Shown here one piece after another: positions 58,375 through 64,000 of a stretch of DNA of 64,000 nt (the stretch's first letter is position 1; every line of letters starts with the position of its first letter). The stretch is from Candidatus Sulfomarinibacteraceae bacterium. Its GTDB lineage: Bacteria > Acidobacteriota > Thermoanaerobaculia > Thermoanaerobaculales > Sulfomarinibacteraceae. The translations under genes and the position numbers were made by a program. The stretch is from contig CAWCLO010000008.1 of the NCBI GenBank assembly GCA_963796455.1, forward strand, positions 64,001-128,000, written 5' to 3'. Below the pieces are notes generated by a model. The model saw only the letters and a list, made by a program, of their open reading frames with translations, did not search any database and was not told the origin of the DNA.

Positions 58375-59823
58375 CTACCACACCGTGTCGAGCATCGCGT
58401 CCCACTTCAGGGTGTGCGCGACCATCGGGCCGCCGGTCACCGTCAGCTCGATCTCGTGATCGGTGCTGCTCCGGTAGACGCGGAGGAGTTGGTGCTCGGG
58501 TTCCACTTCGGCTGTTTCGTCGTCGATGAGCTCGTTGCCGATACGTCGCCGCAGCACATAAGTCTGGGTGGACTGCGTCGGGTTCACCACTGCCAGCAGA
58601 AGTCCGCTGACCCCCAATCCGCTGCCGCGGGTCAGCAGGCGGCCGTAGCTATGGCGGTTGATCGAGATTTTCTGTTCCGCGCCTTCTCGAAAACGCCGCC
58701 GCATTTCGATCACAGCGTTTTCTCCGCCATCGATCCGTAGCCACCCCTGCCCGGAACCGCCGGTGGCAAAAGCGGTGAGATCGAAGACTCTGTTCTCACC
58801 TGCTGCAACTACGATTTCCTCGACCGCGACGAGTTGGCCCGACGAATCGATAGCGCTGAGAGCAGTTGAGGTCTCGTTGGATTCGGGATTGTTGATGTCG
58901 AGGAACTGTTGAAGCCCATCCATCGCCCACGGTACGAAGGCAACCGCTCTATGGTCGAGAGCGCGCAACCCGTCAGTTTGTTCGAGCCAGGCAGATGTGT
59001 CCGGCTCCTTCTGGGCATCGGATGGAGCGAGCCAGTCGGTATAGATCCCGAAAACTCCCACCCGGCGCAAGGCTTCCATCGTCAGCCGGTCGTTGATCGT
59101 GTGGACATAGACCGGTGTCCCGGAAGACGCGAGGCGTGCCGCGAGATCTCCACTCCTGGCCCGGCCGGGGGGCATTGTCACCGCCCACAATCCTGCAGAC
59201 TCGGCGAAGGAGACGATCTCGGAATCGGGCAGCTCGGTCATATAAAGGGTAAAAATGATGCGTTCGAAACCGAGGGCCTCGACGCGGTCCATTTCCTCCG
59301 GATGATAGATCTGGGGCACGAATCGATGGCGGAGTTTGGGGTATCGATCCACTATGCGCGTCAGCCCCTCGAGGTTGCGCTCTTTGATATCGGTCACGAG
59401 AGCGACTCCGGGATTGCCGCGGAGAAAAGGCTCGAGATCGTCGAGGCTCAGTTGGGTGATGCCCCACGGTGATTCGGCGGCGAGAAAATCCGTCCGCGAG
59501 AGTTGTCCGGGCTCTCGATCGAAGATCCGCACGAATTCGCGGTCCCAATCGTGAACCAGAACAAGATGATCGTCGCTGGTCCAGGAAAGATCGATTTCGA
59601 TCAGGGTGTGGCCCGCGGCGACGCTGTGGTCGAGGGCCTCGAGGCTGTTTGTATAAACGCGGTGGTTGCCGATACCGCCGGCATGGGCGATCAAGGTCGG
59701 CGGGGTTTCGCGGACCGGCGGCCTGTCGCTGCACGCCGGCGCCACAGCCAGGAGAATTGTGGCAGTCAGGATGTGCAGGGTTGTCATGACGCGAAGTCGA
59801 GTATCGGTTCGGGAGGTATTCAC
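58375..59823 (-). CDS. Glycerophosphodiester phosphodiesterase-family lipoprotein with C-terminal beta domain
   Basis: Lipobox VAPAC; IAHAGG..NSLEAL..EIDL..TSD..HDW; TDIK; YVHTIND..GIYTD. Confidence 0.85.
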   Translation of the reverse strand: MNTSRTDTRLRVMTTLHILTATILLAVAPACSDRPPVRETPPTLIAHAGGIGNHRVYTNSLEALDHSVAAGHTLIEIDLSWTSDDHLVLVHDWDREFVRIFDREPGQLSRTDFLAAESPWGITQLSLDDLEPFLRGNPGVALVTDIKERNLEGLTRIVDRYPKLRHRFVPQIYHPEEMDRVEALGFERIIFTLYMTELPDSEIVSFAESAGLWAVTMPPGRARSGDLAARLASSGTPVYVHTINDRLTMEALRRVGVFGIYTDWLAPSDAQKEPDTSAWLEQTDGLRALDHRAVAFVPWAMDGLQQFLDINNPESNETSTALSAIDSSGQLVAVEEIVVAAGENRVFDLTAFATGGSGQGWLRIDGGENAVIEMRRRFREGAEQKISINRHSYGRLLTRGSGLGVSGLLLAVVNPTQSTQTYVLRRRIGNELIDDETAEVEPEHQLLRVYRSSTDHEIELTVTGGPMVAHTLKWDAMLDTVW

Positions 59824-59870
59824 TGATCCATTCTACCGGCGTTACCGGAACCTGGTGCTACCATGAATTC

Positions 59871-61211
59871 ATGGAAGGTCGCGTACTGATCATCGATGAC
59901 GATCCCGGAGTGCGGAAGGTCCTGCGGCGGATTCTCTCGTCTGCCGACTACGATGTGGACGAGTCCGAGGATGCGTTTCACGCCCTCGATTCCTTGGATG
60001 CGAATCCTCCCGATGCGGCCCTGCTCGACATCAAAATGCCGGGCATGGATGGTCTGTCGCTGCTGGACAATCTGCAGCAACGGGGCCTCGATATTCCGGT
60101 GGTGATCCTGACCGGCCACGGAGATGAGTTCACTTCATCCCGGTGTCTGGATGCCGGCGCCGCTGGATATCTCACAAAACCTCCCGACCGGGCCGATCTT
60201 TTGCTGGCGGTCCGCGGCGCGGTGGCTCAGGGTCGGGTGGCTCGCGAATTGGACGACGTTGGAGAACCGCCTCCGATTCTCGGCGACAGCCCGTCGATAC
60301 GCCAGCTGAGAGAAGAGATCTCGAGGGTTGCGCCGTCCCACGCGACGGTCATGATCCAGGGCGAGTCGGGCACGGGAAAAGAACTTGTGGCGAGACGGCT
60401 GCACCACCTCTCGGGCCGGGCACGGCGCCCATTTATCCGGGTGAATTCGGCCGCGATTCCCGAAGAGTTGATCGAATCGGAGCTCTTCGGACACGAGAAG
60501 GGCTCCTTCACCGGGGCGCACCGGCGCCAGGTCGGAAAGTTCGTTCAGGCGGACGGAGGAACGATCCTCCTCGATGAGGTCGGGGACATGAGCCTCAAGA
60601 CCCAGGCCAAGGTTCTGCGGGTCCTGCAGGACGGTGAGGTCGAACCGGTTGGCGCGGGCAGTGCGTTTCGGGTCGATGTGCGGGTCATTGCCGCGACCAA
60701 CAAGAACCTGGTGGCCGAAGTCCAGGCAGGTACCTTTCGTGAAGACCTGTACTACCGGTTGGCCGTCGTGGTGCTCAATACACCGCCGTTGCGTGAACAC
60801 CCCGATGATGTCCCGCCTCTGGTGGCCCACCTGTCCGATCATTTTTGTACCGAATACAACCGTCGCCCCAAGACCTGGAGCGACCACGCGCTGCAGCAGC
60901 TCATGCGGCACCCCTGGCCGGGCAACGTCCGGGAGCTCAAAAATGTCGTCGAACGGGCGGTCATCATGGAACTCGATGACACCGTTTCCGAGGTCGACCT
61001 CCCGGAACAACCTGCCGGCGGCGCCATTGATGCGTTGCTCGACCTCGCATCCTTGCAGGAGTTCCAGCGCCAGGCTGAAATCGCCTACATCCTCCATCAT
61101 CTCGAACGAAACGGTTGGAATGTGGCGGCGACCGCACGCATTATCGGCACCCCGCGGTCCAACCTCTACAAAAAGATGCGTGCCTACGGAATTGAAAGGG
61201 AGCAGTCGTGA
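59871..61211 (+). CDS. sigma54-dependent response regulator (NtrX/AtoC-like)
   Basis: REC domain (IIDDD..LLDIKMP), [44 protein letters not shown]. Confidence 0.93.
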   Translation: MEGRVLIIDDDPGVRKVLRRILSSADYDVDESEDAFHALDSLDANPPDAALLDIKMPGMDGLSLLDNLQQRGLDIPVVILTGHGDEFTSSRCLDAGAAGYLTKPPDRADLLLAVRGAVAQGRVARELDDVGEPPPILGDSPSIRQLREEISRVAPSHATVMIQGESGTGKELVARRLHHLSGRARRPFIRVNSAAIPEELIESELFGHEKGSFTGAHRRQVGKFVQADGGTILLDEVGDMSLKTQAKVLRVLQDGEVEPVGAGSAFRVDVRVIAATNKNLVAEVQAGTFREDLYYRLAVVVLNTPPLREHPDDVPPLVAHLSDHFCTEYNRRPKTWSDHALQQLMRHPWPGNVRELKNVVERAVIMELDDTVSEVDLPEQPAGGAIDALLDLASLQEFQRQAEIAYILHHLERNGWNVAATARIIGTPRSNLYKKMRAYGIEREQS

Positions 61212-61792
61212 GCTCAAACCTCAATCTCGGCGTCCTCACGGCCTGCGGCGCCCACCAGCAGGGTCATTTTCTCCTGTCGTCGGGCCTCCATTCGGGGGAC
61301 TACCTCCAGTGTGCGCTGTTTCTGGCCAATCCGCGCCGGGCCGGGCGGGCCGGCGAGTTGCTCGCCGAAGAAATCAAGGGAGCGGGTCTTGACCCGAAGA
61401 TCATCGTTGCTCCGGCCATGGGCGGGTTGATCATCGGGCACGAAACCGCCCGTGCGATGGATCTACCCTTTCTTTTCACCGAGCGGTCGGATGGAGAGAT
61501 GATGCTGCGGCGCGGTTTCGCCATCACGCCCGGCCAGGAAGTCGTGATCATCGAGGATGTGGTGACCACCGGGCGATCGACCCGCGAGGTGATCGCGATT
61601 CTCGAAGCAATGGGCGCCGTCGTCCTCGGTGTGGGCTCCCTGGTCAACAGGTCGGGGGATCCGCGGCCCTTCGAACCACTGCCGAGCAGGCATCTGTTGA
61701 CCGCGGATTTTCCCACCTGGACCGCCGAAGAGTGTCCCTTGTGCCGCGAGGGCGTGCCGATCGCCAAGCCGGGTTCTCGACCGATCAGCTAG
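61208..61792 (+). CDS. pyrE: Orotate phosphoribosyltransferase
   Basis: GHFLLSSGLHS..YLQCA, PAMGG, LRRGF, IIEDVVTTGRS, CPLC..KPGSR. Confidence 0.95.
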   Translation: MSSNLNLGVLTACGAHQQGHFLLSSGLHSGDYLQCALFLANPRRAGRAGELLAEEIKGAGLDPKIIVAPAMGGLIIGHETARAMDLPFLFTERSDGEMMLRRGFAITPGQEVVIIEDVVTTGRSTREVIAILEAMGAVVLGVGSLVNRSGDPRPFEPLPSRHLLTADFPTWTAEECPLCREGVPIAKPGSRPIS

Positions 61793-61796
61793 ATAG

Positions 61797-61927
61797 GTTT
61801 GAGTGTTGAGTTTTAAGTTTTGAGTTGACTCGAACTGTTCGCAAGCGTGTGTTCAGAGCTCCACGCAACTCAAACTCATGGCTCTATGCCTATAACTCAA
61901 ACCTCATAACTCAAAACTCAACACTTC
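61797..61927. repeat. Opposed degenerate heptamer arrays (TTGAGTT-like) between convergent pyrE and folK
   Basis: TTGAGTG TTGAGTT TTAAGTT TTGAGTT on +, and AACTCAA/CTCATAA/CTCAAAA units running into the folK 3' end. Confidence 0.8.
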
Positions 61928-62404
61928 AATGATGCCGTGCGGGTCTTGTTCGCGCGCCTTGGCCAACAATTCTTCGATCGTGTGGCCGAGCAGTTGGTGG
62001 CGCCAACCGGGGGCGATCTCGGCGGCCGGTTCGAGGGCGAAACGCCTTTCGTGAAACCGCGGGTGGGGGAGCTCGAGCTCCGGCCCCACGCAGACGATCC
62101 GCTCGGCGACGAGCAGATCCAGATCGAGGACCCGCGGCCCCCATCGCTGTTCGGTCTCTCGATTCCGCCCGGCGTCGATCTCGAGTTGCCGGCACCGTGC
62201 GAGCAGGGCCCCTGGTCCCGCCGGCCAATTGATCACCGCGGCGGCATTTGAAAAATCGGGTTGCTCGGGCCCCACGGGCCGGGTTTTCCAGATCCGCGAA
62301 ACAGCACTCACTTGCCCCGCATCGTCGAGTTCGGAGAGCGCAGCCGCAATGGCCGCCGCCGGATCTCCGAGATTGCCGCCGAGTCCGAGAAGTACCTTCA
62401 ACAT
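61904..62404 (-). CDS. folK: 2-amino-4-hydroxy-6-hydroxymethyldihydropteridine diphosphokinase
   Basis: LGLGGNLGD, QPDFSNAA, RWGPRVLDLDLL, LPHPRFHERRFALEP. Confidence 0.95.
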   Translation of the reverse strand: MLKVLLGLGGNLGDPAAAIAAALSELDDAGQVSAVSRIWKTRPVGPEQPDFSNAAAVINWPAGPGALLARCRQLEIDAGRNRETEQRWGPRVLDLDLLVAERIVCVGPELELPHPRFHERRFALEPAAEIAPGWRHQLLGHTIEELLAKAREQDPHGIIEVLSFEL

Positions 62405-62509
62405 CGAAGCCGATCATAGATGACCCCGGTCACAGAGTGTTGAGAGGCGTTTTCCTAATCTGGAATGAGCGGCCTGTTACCGCGCCACGGTAACGATGGG
62501 GGGCACGAA

Positions 62510-63918
62510 ATGGCTTTGAATGGAAAGGGCGCCCGGATTGCGATCGTCGTTGCGGCGATCGCATTTCTTTATTCTTGCATCAGCTGAAGCAAAGATGCCG
62601 GCCACGGAGGCGGTCGTTCCTGTACTCGAGTTCGTGGCGGAGGGAGATGTCCGGATCGCATCCGACGGTCTCCTCGAGGAGCGGCTGATCGTACCGAAAT
62701 CGATCAGCTCCGCGCTGGCAAATACGCTCGAAGGCGAGGCCGTCACAGTTTCCGGTTGGCCCGTGGGTGTGGCCGACCGCCGCACCGTCCATATGAAACG
62801 GGTGGCAATTTATGCTCCCGGAGCCAGGATCTTCGAGGTCTCCGCGGGCGGGATACGGCAGCTTTCGCGTTCCCGACACATTCATTTCGTCGGCACGATC
62901 GAAGGCGAAAGCGAGAGCGGAGTCTTGATCATTGTCGACCCGGAGAGCGGCGGCACGAGCGGGCTGTCGATGACAAACGGCGAGAGCTACGACCTGGTGC
63001 CGGTTGTGGGTGGGGTGTCCGGCGATGTTCGGGTGGTGGCGACTCACGAAGGCCACGCCGAACAGGACCACTTCTTTGACTGTGGTGGTGACAGCCTCGA
63101 TTTTCCTGCGTCCTCGCTTTTGGCAAAAACAATCAGTCGGTGGCGCGGCAAGCGCCAAGTCCTCGGGGCCCTTGGAGGCTGTTCTCGCAATCGACACCGA
63201 CACCGAGCTCCTGAGTCAGAAGTTCTCGAACAACACAACTGCAGCAGCGAACTATGTAGCGGATCTGATCGCCGCGATGAATGTCATGTACTCGCGGGAC
63301 CTCGATGTCACCCTCCTCCAGGGAACCACCTATCTCAGAACCGGTTCCGACCCCTACAGCCAGAACAGCGGCGGCGGTGCGTCGTCCTCGGAGCTCAGCG
63401 AGTTCGGCAATTACTGGAAGAGCAACTACTCCTCGGTGGACCGGGCCCTGGCGGCCATGCTCTCCGGCAAATCGCCGTCGAGCAACTCGGCGTCGGGCAT
63501 CGCGTGGGTCGGCGGGCTGTGCTCGACCAACTACGGCTACAGCTTCTCGAAGGTGTTCAAATCAAATTATCTATCGGGGGACGCCAAGCTTGTGGGACAC
63601 GAACTCGGTCACAACTTCGGATCGCCTCACACTCACTGTTATAACCCGCCGATCGACCAGTGCTACAACCAGAGCGGCTGCTACTCTGGGGCGACATCCT
63701 GTCCGTCCGGCGGCGCGGGTACGGTCATGAGTTATTGCCACATCACCGGATGCGGAAGCACCCTCGATTTCCATCCCTCGGCCGTCAATCTGATCCTCAC
63801 GAATCACGTCAACCCGGCGACCGGGGTGTGCATTTTCGAGGCATCCGGTGGTGGCAACCAGATCTTCTCCGATGGTTTCAGTAGCGGTGGATTCGATGCC
63901 TGGAGTGAGTCTTCCTAA
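62510..63918 (+). CDS. Secreted M12B/reprolysin-like zinc metallopeptidase, frameshifted near 62567 and 63127
   Basis: Signal MALNGKGARIAIVVAAIAF joins FILASAEA. Has a Cys-switch-like FDCG, SGIAWVGGLC, HELGHNFGSPH, Met-turn TVMSYCH, and tail IFSDGFSSGGFDAWS. Confidence 0.88.
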
Positions 63919-64000
63919 TGACAAAGTTTTGTTAACAGAGGGGCCCTGTCTCAGTCTCTGTTGATATTCTGGAAGAGGTCGAGAAGTCCGCGGGGGGCGG

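Noticed and set aside
21885..61217. Long antisense ORFs (e.g. 21885..23015, 31213..32505, 37436..38767, 54577..55821, 56752..57921, 60135..61217)
   Set aside because: They are shadow ORFs opposite well-supported genes, as expected in high-GC DNA.
63120..63135. Programmed ribosomal frameshift in the peptidase (GCAAAAAC)
   Set aside because: The same gene has a second shift in its signal peptide and the window has many indels, so sequencing error is more parsimonious.

Overview
GC-rich bacterial chromosomal window with about 50 CDSs and 3 tRNAs (Arg-ACG, Asp-GTC, Val-TAC). I saw no integrase, transposase, prophage or CRISPR array. The gene repertoire suggests an Acidobacteriota/Thermoanaerobaculia-like organism (inference). 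It includes TPR-tailed Ser/Thr kinases, DUF4388/J-domain proteins and secreted proteins ending in an 'IFxDGF' tail. Housekeeping genes: ychF, pheA, speB, pyrE, folK, a menA-like gene, a fadD-like gene and an ALDH7. At least 7 frameshifts split obvious genes, most likely from long-read indel errors. Most notable observations: (1) a sigma54 module in which two near-identical -24/-12 promoters each precede a small ORF, flanking a GAF-AAA+ activator and leading into an RsbW/RsbV/RsbU partner-switch operon; (2) a signal-peptide/CxxC/RGPP leader gene, probably a metal-sensing ribosome-arrest peptide, in front of a His-rich TonB-dependent receptor; (3) a dispersed intergenic element family (about 7 copies) with two different conserved ends and variable REP-like cargo; (4) a 164-bp tandem repeat that reiterates the tRNA-Asp 3' end plus its terminator; (5) at least 11 genes with a -10 box 6-8 nt before the start codon, suggesting leaderless mRNAs; (6) heptamer tandem repeats hugging stop codons; (7) a DUF362/FAD-oxidoreductase/GT-C/MsbA envelope-modification cluster.
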